Assembly: GCA_052426225.1 (NCBI GenBank) | Contig: JBNJNM010000011.1 | Coordinates: 1,488,001 to 1,552,000 of the forward strand | Origin: Zancudomyces culisetae HAW-14-8 | Lineage: Eukaryota > Fungi > Kickxellomycota | Direction: 5' to 3' | DNA: 64,000 bases | Shown here: in pieces, positions 51,168 through 62,043 of the stretch | Layout: each line of letters begins with the position of its first letter | Numbering within the stretch: the stretch's first letter is position 1 | Notes under the pieces: model-generated | The model's input: the letters and a program-made list of their open reading frames with translations, nothing else | Database searches by the model: none | What the model was told of the DNA's origin: nothing | Program-made: the position numbers and the translations under genes

Positions 51168-52416
51168 CAGTAATGGGGGTGATAATGATAATAAGGATGG
51201 TGATAATGGAGATTACGAGAAGGATAGGGTAGAGTAAAGGTGTATATAATTAAACGCTTATCTATGTATTTCAACCATCCATAGGACTGGTTCAGTTTTA
51301 TAAACCAATGTCGCAAACTCTATGTGAGATGGGAGTATTTGTTATTCTGCCCAGCTTGGGACTACCGGGAAAGGTAAGCTTTAGCTACGAACAACACAAA
51401 GTACAAATGTTTAATCCGTTTTTCGGTTTGTATTATGTAATATGAATAGACATCTTTGAGCGAAATTCTTGAAGATATGCAACTTGTTGTTCAATGGACC
51501 ATAGAGAACATAGGGTACGCCACACTACTACTTATAAATATATACCTATATGTATGTGAACGATTTTGTACTTGGAAAACGGTATATTCATAATGAATCG
51601 GCGATTGTTAAATATAGTAAATCTGGAGGAGACCCAAACCAGATACATCTTTTTGGATTTGGAGCAGGGGCACATATGTGTGCAATGTACAACATAGCTA
51701 GTGCGTTAGCAGGGTGGAAGGATAAGGCACCGTTTTCGCAGCAAACAATGACACGGCTATTATCTAACACAAACTCAAGTGCAGAGTTGGGCGAATGGCT
51801 TCGCCGGTTGAAGCAGCCTGTGTTTCCGGTGGCTGGATTGATCTTGGTTTCAGGTGTTTACAGTTTGGAAAAGCAGCGCAAATACGAGACGATGCGTTGT
51901 ATTGAAACACTATCCATGTGCTCGAGGCTTTTTGATTCACAAGACTTTGCCGAAGCTTGGTCTCCATTGAATATATTGGTTAGCCTGCGAAAGCATGGAA
52001 TCTTCATCCCCAACAATTGCTTTGCAAGAAGAGTTTTGCTAGTTCACGGTCAAAAGGATTCAACCTTTCCGCTCGAATTAAGCCAGTTGTTGTTTAAGGA
52101 GTACTGTCTAATGGATATGGACGATGTAAACATGAAGGTTTACGCAAATTTACGCCGTATTGATCCCTCTGTTATTTTGTCGGTACCTGATTCTAGTTTG
52201 GCAAAATCCTTTTTAGATGACATTAAAGCAGCTATTTTTGTCGATGAATATGAGTTTGAAGATGGAGACGACTCTTCTCCTGTCAGCCCCAATGGTTCTG
52301 CTACCGATGTTACAGAGCTTAACAGCTTGGCAGCTAACACCAATGACTCCTCAAGCGATTTGTTATCCAAGCCCGGTCTTGAGATTGACATAGGTACTGA
52401 GGATTTGGCTCTTTAG
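50238..52416 (+). CDS. Alpha/beta-hydrolase fold protein (HSL / prenylcysteine methylesterase / kynurenine formamidase-like) with an N-terminal TM, probably catalytically inactive; about 7 exons
   Basis: Spliced: GIQYGPLPRHKMELFVP, PVIIVFPGYSW, DMQLVVQWTIENIGKSGGDPNQIHLFGFGAGAH, GLILVSGVYSL and LLVHGQKDSTFP. Confidence 0.8.
51130..51167. repeat. (GAT)n microsatellite inside a hydrolase-gene intron
   Basis: About 12 perfect units, lying between the GTAAGT donor (about 51050) and the TAG acceptor (about 51284). Confidence 0.9.
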
Positions 52417-52832
52417 AATTTTGCCTTTTATTTTGCTTTTATTCCCTACGTTTATAGCTTTGTGTTGTATTTTTTAATTTATAAGATCCCTACATTACTT
52501 TTGTCTCATTTCATTTTTGAATAACTCTTTACCAAAAATCGATGAGCAGGATTAAGATGCGTATGAGGAGGGGGGGAGTATATCCCTCTTTCCTTTCTTG
52601 ATACAATTGTATGATTAGTGGTGATCCGCGAATAAAAATAGTTGGGAATTTTTTGGCGTCTTGTTTTTTTCTTCCTTATTCGTTTGTGATTGCTTGATGT
52701 TGTTTATGCTTTTTCAATGGGTTTCTTCAAGAGTTTGCAGGGCATATAGTATCTAATTTTTTATAATTGAAGTATAAACTTCATTTCAAATCAAATATCA
52801 AGAGTATATAAATATATCTACATAACTGGAGA

Positions 52833-53394
52833 ATGACCAACATAACAGTGAGAGAAAAATCGGATAGGAAGTCGTTAGTACTTAATCATTTTCCTTTTTA
52901 TATTGATCACAATGGAAGCATTAATCCTGTATATTTTCGAACCGAAGACACAGAGCATGGATTCAAGTCCTCTTTTAGAGGAAGACTGTTGAAGGGTACG
53001 AAACTATCGAATATACTACCAAAAAGCTACAGCTGCTATCTATTAAAAAAAGAAGTATTAGATAATGATATTTCCAATTGTGAAAATCAAAACAAGCATG
53101 AAATTACTCGCGTAAACATTCCCGCAGATTCACGAAAATGCGAACGAATTGTGGCGGACCAAGTCGATGAATGGATTGAATGGGGCCATGATACGGAACC
53201 CACTCTTGATTCCGATAATACAACTATCAACTCTCTCGAATGGATTCAAGTCTCCAACTTGGTAACTATATCCATCTAGCTATACTATTATTTCCACAAA
53301 TATTTGCATATACTACATCAGACTGAATGATTTTTTTTTAAATTGACACTAATCTACGACCACACAAAAAAAATAGATCAATAAAAGGGTTTGA
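52833..53394 (+). CDS. RNH203: Ribonuclease H2 subunit C; intron about 53262-53376
   Basis: HFPFYIDHNG...YF, SSFRGRLLKG, WGHD.EP and SLEWIQVSNLI match the RNase H2C pattern. Confidence 0.82.
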
Positions 53395-53577
53395 ATTTTG
53401 TTATAAACATTCGACCAGTAGAGTATGGTATTTTTACAGCGCTGTACTGTTATGTCCCAAAGTAGTGTAAATGGTTGTGCTAGAAGCAACAGTTCCTACA
53501 GGAATACAGTAAGTATATTGTCTGTGGATAACCACTACGAAGCACCAACTTGTGACAAATAAGTTGAAGTCTAGTCT

Positions 53578-55576
53578 TTATTTTTGAGTATTGTAGTATC
53601 TTTTTCTAGTGATTTGGGAGTCTTTATAGGCATTGGTGGTTTTTTTAACCCCATCAAAATCATCCGTTAGGGGAATATTCAATCTAGCCCCCAAGCCGCG
53701 TCTTTCTTCCGAAATATAACTCATAACTGGCGCAACAATTCCATCTTGCTTTGTACCTAGCCCTTTACCCCTTTCCCAACCCATTTTGGATAGCATACCA
53801 TATCCAACATTGGCGCTATCGATGTGGGTATGAACAGACGATTTTTCCATGCCACAATGTGCCGTTAAGCTTGTACCCGAAACCATATCGAAGGTGGGCT
53901 TGTGGGTACCTTCTGGATTTAGTGATCTCCTTATTGCTGCCCGGTCAAGATAGTCTGGTTTATCATCTGCTGTCTCAGACGGTGTATCTCTGACGTCGAC
54001 ACCCACACTACCACTGTTCCCGTAACCATCTTTGCTGGATTTTGTCACTTTATATTTACTTTTTAGCCTAGCCAGCTCCTCTCTTCGCTGTGCCTCTATG
54101 CTGACAATTCTTTGGGTTTGTAATAGCTGTTTTTTTGGTAACGTTGTAATTACTGGTTCAGACTCCATAACCGTGGCCCCAAATGCATCATTTGATAGTG
54201 TATTGTTTGTAGCCCTTGATAAAGAGCATGCGGAACAAGGGAATAGGTCGTGAATATGAACCTGGAACGTCGTACCCCCTATTCCTACCTCGTCTAAATG
54301 TCTTAGCTTCATTGGTTTGCTGCTAATTCTTGCATCAGACAGTCGAACTCCATTTACATATGTTCCTGCCTTCGATCCACAATCCACAATGTAGAATCCA
54401 CCCAGGTCTTTATACAAAAACGTATATTTATGCACTTTTTTTAGTGTTGCCATTGCAAAATTAAAAGTGCAATGATATTAATTCAATGGACATTGCTATT
54501 AGTATTCTACCGATATTGGAAATATTACCTCTATCCACTGCGTTGTTACATACGGATTCACTATCGCTGTGAATCTGCCCTTCTTCATCCTCGCTTTCGC
54601 TTTCAACTGTACAATTTTTATTTACACAAGGTTTATTCCCTTCTCTACGATCCATATCTATACTGACACTACGTTCTCTGGTATGTCCTCTTTCATATCT
54701 ATACGAAGTCTTCTGAACTTCATTCCTGTCTTGACTCCAACTACGACTACGACTACGACTACGATTACGATATATTTCCCCCTTATATATATATTGATTT
54801 CTGCTTCCATCTCTGATAATATTCTTTGACCTTGACCTTGATCTAGACCTTGACCTAGACCTTGACCTAGACCTTGACCTTGACCTTGATCTTGATCTTG
54901 ACCACCCATTTTTGCTCCTTTGTCTTTCTCTATTCCCAATGCGGTAAGCCGTATGCCTATTATGATCCTTTTCGTAAAAACCTCCCATTCGCTCTCTTTC
55001 AGAGGATTGAGTATTTCGAGATCCAGATGGTGAGCGAGGACTCTGATCTTTCTCGATGCTGCGGCCCCTAATTTGCCCCCTTCTTTCCCAACGCCATTCA
55101 TTCTTTTCTCTTACAACGGTCTCATGGTCTGCCTCTCGCTTCCGTCTGTTCTCTTGTTCTCCTTTTTTTCTTTCTTGCAGCACATTTCTTTCATCCACAA
55201 AGTATATTCTTGCATGCGATTTTGAGACTTCTTGTTCAGAAATTTTTAAAAAATTGCTAAAACTGTTTATTTTTTCCCTGCCAACAAATATCTCGTTCTC
55301 TAGAACCTCTGTAACCATTTTAATGTGTATATCTTTACTTTTTATCACAACTAACCGCATGTATGATTCCAAACATGCATCGTTTTGCGCGCTTTCTCTA
55401 GTGTCTTGGACAGGCTCCGCTATCGGTATATACTCAAGAGTATTTTCATCATAGTATGAATATGTATCTTGTTCTGTATCGTACCAGATATTAGTAATTG
55501 GATTATACCAGTATCTCGGGTCCGTCGATTCGTAAAAATCTTTTAGATTTGACCGTCCCAAGTAAGAATGTTCCAT
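53578..55576 (-). CDS. AGGF1-like OCRE + FHA + G-patch protein with an RS insertion; intron 54510-54408
   Basis: OCRE-like YWYNPITNIWYDTEQDTYSYYDE; FHA VGRE...EVSKSHARI...FYIVDCGSKAGTYVNG; YLDRAAIRR; G-patch NVGYGMLSKMGWERGKGLGTKQDGIVAPV...RRGLG. Confidence 0.85.
54827..54902 (-). repeat. Hexamer repeat encoding (RS)n
   Basis: AGGTCA/AGGTCT/AGATCA units translate as SRSRSRSR. Confidence 0.9.
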
Positions 55577-56254
55577 TTTTATTTTGCTAAAAGTGGAAAC
55601 CTCTTTCCTGGGGTTTTCGCTTTCCTTGGTTGTTCTAGTTGTTGTAACTCTATATTCCCACCTTTCTCTTACATTTAAATACTAAAATTACTGATATTTC
55701 CAATATACCTTTACAACAAAACCCCATTTTTATTACACATAGGTTCTGCCATTTTTTTCATTTGATTAATATACTGGACACCAATTTGAAATACTTTCAA
55801 CATTTGTGCCAATAGTCTTCATCCGAACACATTTCTAGAAATAGGAACGAAAATTATTATTATTTTATATTAGACATGTTAGTGGCTTTATTGCAGTAGT
55901 GACATCTATGCTCATTGTTTTTTATGTGTGTATAGGGACAATGCGTGCACTAAGCATCCAGCCGGTGTGAAGCAAAATTATCTATTCACATTTTCCTTTT
56001 ATCCTCTTCCATGGCGGTAAATGAAAAAATTGGAATTAAATCTACAATGATCTATGGGTAAAAGTGAGCAAAACCAAAAAGCTAACATTGACACTAAAAA
56101 CTGGTGATAAGCGGTGCGGTGTAAATGATTTTAAAGACTTTAAATGGTTCTCAAAGATAACCAAACAGTCACCTGGTAGTAAAATCTGATTAGCTTTCTA
56201 AGCTATAAGGTCCGAATATTCCTTCCATTCACAGGTTTCTACCTTACCCAGCGC

Positions 56255-58091
56255 TTATTCCTCTGTTGGAACAGGAAGAAACTATAAAGTATCCATCGGA
56301 TGATATATTTATAGCAGGTAATTTCGCATCAAATGTAGTAAATGCGGTACTCGCGTTAAAATAAGAGCAAATACAAAGACTTACATAGCCAATTACAAGC
56401 ATGGGTATTCCAACAATATTGCGTTTGACGCTAAAACTAAATGTACAGGATATATAATCACCACTCTTCCTTGCCAGGTTAGCCTTGAAATAACCCGAAT
56501 AATCTGAGCTTTTAAATAACACGGTAGAAAACAACGACCAGTAATCTACCATCGATTTGGTATCCATTATCTAGATGCAGATTAAATTTTGAATACAAAA
56601 TTAGAGCCTTAATTAACAATCCCAACACCAGCAGTTAATATAAATAAAAATCATAATATTTATTGAATTAGTATTGCTTTTATTACCTCAAATATCAGCT
56701 TCTCCTTCCCAAGCAGCTCTGACTTGCCCCAGCCAGTAAGCCCATAAAACGTGTTCCCTACCAATTCCAAGGCACCTGAAACTCTCCAGACAGCCATGGG
56801 GGTACCCGATATCTTCATTGACTTATCAATATCCTAAGATTTTATAATTGGAACCAACATGAGTACCTTTTAAGCATGTATATAATTATAGTAGCGAACG
56901 CAAAATTAAAAATAGGAGAGTGTCCTTTCATTACATCTATCGCCGAATAAAACCATTCGTTCATAAACTCCTTATCGGATTCACTCAAGTTTTTAAGCAC
57001 AGAAATACTGGAGGATCTAAAATGCTCAACTGATTTTCCAATCTCAGCTACATACATAGGTTCTATTTTCGTTCTAAAGTATAAAGAAATTTTAATATAA
57101 TTCCGATTTCGGTGGTTGTGTGTAAAGTGGAAGAAATATCGCCCACAAAACCAAACCCACTCTTCGGTTATTTTCTGGTGGAGGCTTGTTTGACATTTAC
57201 CTTAGAACATGTTTAAGTAAAAGGTCGAATCCCGTATTCAGTTGATGGAAAAATACCAACAGTTCATTGCTCTCAATAGATTCTTTGTAACCTAAAAACG
57301 TGCTGGAATATTCAGAGACCTCAGCAACTCCAACTTCGCGATTTAGCACACTGAATATATCATCGAATCTTGTCATTTGTGAGGGATTCAGAGGCTGCAT
57401 TGCCGGATCTATTGGAGACTTTCTTTGCTGCTGTACATCCACATTTTCCGATTTTCGCGATCCTTTTTTTGATAAAAAAAATAAACATCCCGGTTAATTG
57501 ACATACAATATGGAGTAGAGAAGAGTTAGTGGCTAGATATAATTTGTTAGAGGGCTATGCAGTTTTTGGGAAAATAACTGATTGTCAAAAACAGGACACA
57601 CATCTATCAATATGACTAAGCGTGCCCATACGACCTGAAAATGACAAATTTTGAAACTATTACCTTTTTCTGCACTAGCGTTTCTCAAATATTCCTCTTG
57701 TATATCTTCGATAAGGTATTTCGCTATTTTCTTTTTTTTGACAATACACATATTTACAATTCCCTTATGGACACATTCGGGGCAGGGTTTCTCTAAATTC
57801 AGTGTTATGGCATACGATTAGTAAAATCCAGATTTAGATAAAGTTAATGTTGGTACCTTCTGCACAGGGTAGATTCAGTTTTTGGCATGGTATACACACC
57901 TTGATGTGTGACTTTGGTTTTTTCCCTATTTAATTAAGTTTAAAATTTTATCTCAAACTAGTCACTGGTGGAGTTTTAACATACATCAAATATCGAGCCC
58001 TGTAAATCACAATTGTACAAAAATAAAAGCTCTCGAAATGATGTTATGTATTACCTCTGTTTTTTTCGGACTTTTCTGGACCATCCTTCAT
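56255..58091 (-). CDS. Zn2Cys6 + PAS-like transcription factor of the Ert1/Rds2 (AcuK/AcuM) gluconeogenic family, about 8 exons
   Basis: Spliced small exons give CIPCQKLNLPCAEEKPCPECVHKGIVNMCIVKKKKIAKYL. The C-terminal part reads SGTPMAVWRVSG..LTGWGKSELL..EIMDTKSMVDYW..CTFSFSVKRNIVGIPMLVIGYFLP. Confidence 0.85.
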
Positions 58092-59775
58092 TTTCGACTT
58101 TATTTATTGTCCAATACCGGAAAGCGTAGCACTGACTTTTTGTGCCTCCAAAAGTTATCAAGGTACACCAAGAAGCAATACGGCAATGGTTTGGCCAGAG
58201 ATTTGTATTTCTTTCTTTTTTTACACTTGCTCCAAGTTTGCGGTTTTGTTTGCATAAAATTTTACATCAAACCTAACATCCTTGCTTAATACATTCAAAT
58301 CAGGTCATCTTGTTGAAAATTATTACCCACCACTTCCCCAACTCTTTAATGGCCCCCATGCTACGACAAAGATAATTCCCTCAATTTTTCTAGCATTTAG
58401 CAATTCGCTCTTTTCTCTGCGTCTACACGCATTTGAGTGGATTTAAAACAAACACAAAGATTTTCCGATTCTGAAAACACCAATAAAAATAACTTTGAAT
58501 AAGGGTGGTCAATATATTAGACTAACCCACAATTGGAGAAAAAACAAACATAACACCCAATATAGAGTATCTAGTATTCGATCACCAACGTTACCAAACT
58601 CAAATATAGTCTTGAAAGGTGTGTGCTTTAATAGATTTATTTTCTTTATTAACAAACAATTCAGGATTTGCGAGATATCCATAGTTCTCGGCAGTGATAG
58701 CTCAATTCATTCTATGTACTATATATACACGGGAGTGTGATTTTTAAAAAAAGAATGCCTTTATTAGGTGTTGGTGCAATCAGGGACACTTAAACTAGGC
58801 CTTGTGTAATAGGTCAAATAGAGACTGTGCACAAAAATGACAAGGTATAAGCATCACTCCAAATAAAACAGGTATCATAACATAATACAATGCACAGCTT
58901 GAGGTCAAATTTATACTGTGTTTCTTTATTCAATTGTTCCGCCACTAATGGTGGTTTATTTGTATCAATTTTCACACTATCTACTATTTACTATCTTCAA
59001 ATTTCACTTTTAAGATCTACCGAACAATGTCTAAAATATCAACCAGTGCATCGTTTTGACACAAATTTTTTTTTATCTGGTGGGGAGTATTTTTTTATAT
59101 TTGCGTTGGCAAGCTATAGCGAAAGCAGTGCTACATATTTTTTTGGTATTCCTCAAGCCCTTTTCTAAGTTTATAGGGAAATTTAAAATATCCGCTATAA
59201 TCCAGCAATTTTAGGTCTTGTAAATGAAGAGCAGCTATTTGCATAAAAGTGCAGTAATTGTTATTATTACTTGCTCATATTTTGAAAATGTGATTTTGAA
59301 GAGCATAATGTCAAGTATATATTACCTTTATTATCAGCGTTTTTGTCTTTACATTTCAAAAAGTCGGATTCTTCTTTAGTAGTGCGGACATCTCTGCCCT
59401 TGGGGCTGCTGCTACTACCTAGTTTTACAATTATCATACTTATTAGTATCATCGTTGCAATGTTTTACTTTTTAGGAAAATGAGAAATGGAGATGAAAGG
59501 GATGGTGCATAGTATGTTTATTTAGGTTTCTTTTAACTAAAAAGGAACTATACACCAGTTAAAATAGTTAGTATTCAAGTATAAATAAATAATAAACAAG
59601 TAAAACATACGACCTATTCGCCTGTAGAATAAAGTCCTGGCAACAACATTAAGCCAATATAAAGACACAATGTCGATATATTGATAATGTAGTACGCCTC
59701 GTAGGGAATAATTATCCTCTAAAGTCTACGCGTCTAACATCCCTTCCAAACTCACGCAAATGTATCAATTCTCGA

Positions 59776-62043
59776 CTAAATATCTTGAACTTCGTTACCT
59801 TTTGGAGTGTTTGCATTTGATGCTTGTGGCGAAGCAGCTTTTGAACATGTACCTGTCTTAACTGCGTTTTTTGAAGTAGTATTTGTTACTTGCTGCGAAA
59901 CCGAGCCTTTTGGGGTTTTTTTGGCGGTAGCGGTGTCATAACCAAACTTATTATTGCAGCGTTTTCTCAAGATGGATGTGGTAGTAGCGTTTGCGCTATT
60001 TGATACGCTGGTTGAGCTAGTACTAGGGGTAGTGATAGTATGTGCATTTGTAACAACTACAGCAGAAGAGCTCAGCATGGTGAGTGTAATAATTGGAACA
60101 GAGATCTGTGGGGAGGCTACACCACTACCTGTTGATGTACGAGTGTGTCTAGTTCTGGTGATGGTTAATGGGGTAGACGTGGGGGATGTTGTCATACTAG
60201 AAGGAAGCGCTACAACTGAAGATGATGAAGCTGTGACTGCAGATGACGCAGCTGTCGATGATATAGTTGTAGTTAGTGTTATTTTGGATGGTGCAACTGT
60301 CGATGATATAGTTGTAGTTAGTGTCATTGTAGATGGTGCAGTTGTGGTTGGCACAGTTGTGGTTGACGTAATTGTGGAAGTTGCAGGGCTTATTGAAGAT
60401 GAAGCTTGTGTGTTGTTAACTGTAGCTATAGTAGTACAGGAACATACCTTTGAGCAGGTACACTTGTTTTGACACATACAAGAAACAAGAGTGTTACCCT
60501 GTGTTGTTGTGAGTGTAAAGCTTGATGTGACACTAACTGTTATAGTTTGTGGTGGTGGGCATGTGTTTGTTGTTTCGCGTGATGGATCAACCTCAGGGGA
60601 GGATGTTGAAGATGTGGTGGTAGTCAATGTACTGGTCGATGTACTGGTTGAGGTGCTGGTTGAGGTGCTGGTTGAGGTACTAGTCGATGTGCTGGTGGAT
60701 GTACTGGTGGATGTACTGGTGGATGTACTGGTGGATGTACTGGTGGATGTACTGGTTGAAGTGCTGGTCGATGGGCGGCATTTTGTACAGGGAGTTGTGG
60801 TTCCGCATATATTTCCGCAGTTAAACTTACATTCTTTGCAATTTATATTGATGTTTTCAATGATGTTGTTTCCAACACATTTGCTACAAGCAGGTCCAAC
60901 ATACTTGGTGCTACATCTTGGATCATATGGGTTATTTCTGCATGTATTGAGCCTATATGTTGCATCCTCTTGTCTTTCGCGTTTACATGCCTCCCAGTCA
61001 CATTTTTGTCCTGAGCAGGGTTGTGTGTTTGTACATGACTTAACAACTGTTTGAGTGTTTATCTGAGTTTGCATATTAGTTGTGGTTGACACCAAGGTTA
61101 CAGTAGATAAAGTAGTTTGAGTCTGGTAGTAAGAAATTGTAGATAAAATCGTGGCCGTGGTGGGAACCATTGCTGTAGAAATTATTGTGCTTCCTCCCTC
61201 AGTCTTTGTAACTGTAGCTGGTTGTGTAATTGTTTGGATATTTGTTTGGGTGAGCATGTTTGTGGTAGTCAAGACTTGTGTTACGGTGGAGAGGTTATTG
61301 TTGGTTATAGTGGAATAAATCGTTTGTACAGTGGGAACCATTGCTGTAGAAATTATTGTGCTTCCTCCCTCAGTTTTTGTAACTGTAACTGGTAGTGTGA
61401 CTGTTTGGATATTTGTCTTAGTTTGAATATTTGTGGTAGTCAAAACTTGTGTTACGGTGGAGAGGTTATTGCTAGTTATAGTGGAATAAATCGTTTGTAC
61501 AGTGGGAACCATTGCTGTAGAAATTATTGTGCTTCCTCCCTCAGTTTTTGTAACTGTAACTGGTAGTGTGATTGTTTGAATATTTTTTTGAGTTAGAATA
61601 TTTGTGGTAGTTAAGACTTGTGTTACAGTGGAGAGGTTATTGCTAGTTTTGTAGCTAGTTATAGTGGAAAAAATCGTTTGTACAGTAGGAACCAAAACTG
61701 TGGAAGTTTGGGTAACTGTTGCTCCGCTTAGTGTTACAACTTGGAGGCTTGTTAGCGTCATCATTCTTTCGTTTATTACTCTTGTAACTTCTTTTGTGAC
61801 TATATTAGCATCAGGATTTTTTTCTTGAACAGCGACAAGCGGGATGGCATTTTGTCCCGATGCCCCGTTTTTGGCATCCATCACATTCAGTTCCTGAGCA
61901 ATACCGGATGTTATTTCGAACTCTCCATTTGCCTTTTTAGCCTGTAGCATGTTTTGTTCAAGTGCATAGTGCTTTGGCACCAAAGCCACAAACAGAGATG
62001 CCAAAATTAATCGCTGGGAAGTACTCCAGGTTGTAAATCTCAT
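59776..62043 (-). CDS. Secreted Thr/Ser-rich mucin/adhesin-like protein with 57-aa repeats and Cys-rich modules
   Basis: 755-aa intronless ORF with an N-terminal signal peptide, Thr-rich repeats, a 14-Cys block and an (ST)n stalk. It has no hydrophobic GPI tail. Confidence 0.85.
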   Translation of the reverse strand: MRFTTWSTSQRLILASLFVALVPKHYALEQNMLQAKKANGEFEITSGIAQELNVMDAKNGASGQNAIPLVAVQEKNPDANIVTKEVTRVINERMMTLTSLQVVTLSGATVTQTSTVLVPTVQTIFSTITSYKTSNNLSTVTQVLTTTNILTQKNIQTITLPVTVTKTEGGSTIISTAMVPTVQTIYSTITSNNLSTVTQVLTTTNIQTKTNIQTVTLPVTVTKTEGGSTIISTAMVPTVQTIYSTITNNNLSTVTQVLTTTNMLTQTNIQTITQPATVTKTEGGSTIISTAMVPTTATILSTISYYQTQTTLSTVTLVSTTTNMQTQINTQTVVKSCTNTQPCSGQKCDWEACKRERQEDATYRLNTCRNNPYDPRCSTKYVGPACSKCVGNNIIENININCKECKFNCGNICGTTTPCTKCRPSTSTSTSTSTSTSTSTSTSTSTSTSTSTSTSTSTSTSTSTSTSTSTSTLTTTTSSTSSPEVDPSRETTNTCPPPQTITVSVTSSFTLTTTQGNTLVSCMCQNKCTCSKVCSCTTIATVNNTQASSSISPATSTITSTTTVPTTTAPSTMTLTTTISSTVAPSKITLTTTISSTAASSAVTASSSSVVALPSSMTTSPTSTPLTITRTRHTRTSTGSGVASPQISVPIITLTMLSSSAVVVTNAHTITTPSTSSTSVSNSANATTTSILRKRCNNKFGYDTATAKKTPKGSVSQQVTNTTSKNAVKTGTCSKAASPQASNANTPKGNEVQDI
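60628..60772 (-). repeat. 12-bp/6-bp coding repeat encoding (ST)n
   Basis: ACCAGTACATCC-type units; STSTST for about 48 residues. Confidence 0.9.
61130..61700 (-). repeat. About 171-bp coding tandem repeat (57 aa), about 3.3 copies
   Basis: NNLSTVTQVLTTTN...IQT.T.PVTVTKTEGGSTIISTAMVPTVQTIYSTIT recurs three times. Confidence 0.9.

Noticed and set aside
51014-51316. Poly-His ORF on the minus strand, or an Asp-rich alternative exon
   Set aside because: It is antisense to an intronic (GAT)n microsatellite. Nearby AG acceptors do not place the Asp frame in phase with the upstream exon.
59954-61054. Val/Asp-rich plus-strand ORFs (VDVL repeats)
   Set aside because: They are antisense shadows of the Thr/Ser-rich mucin gene.
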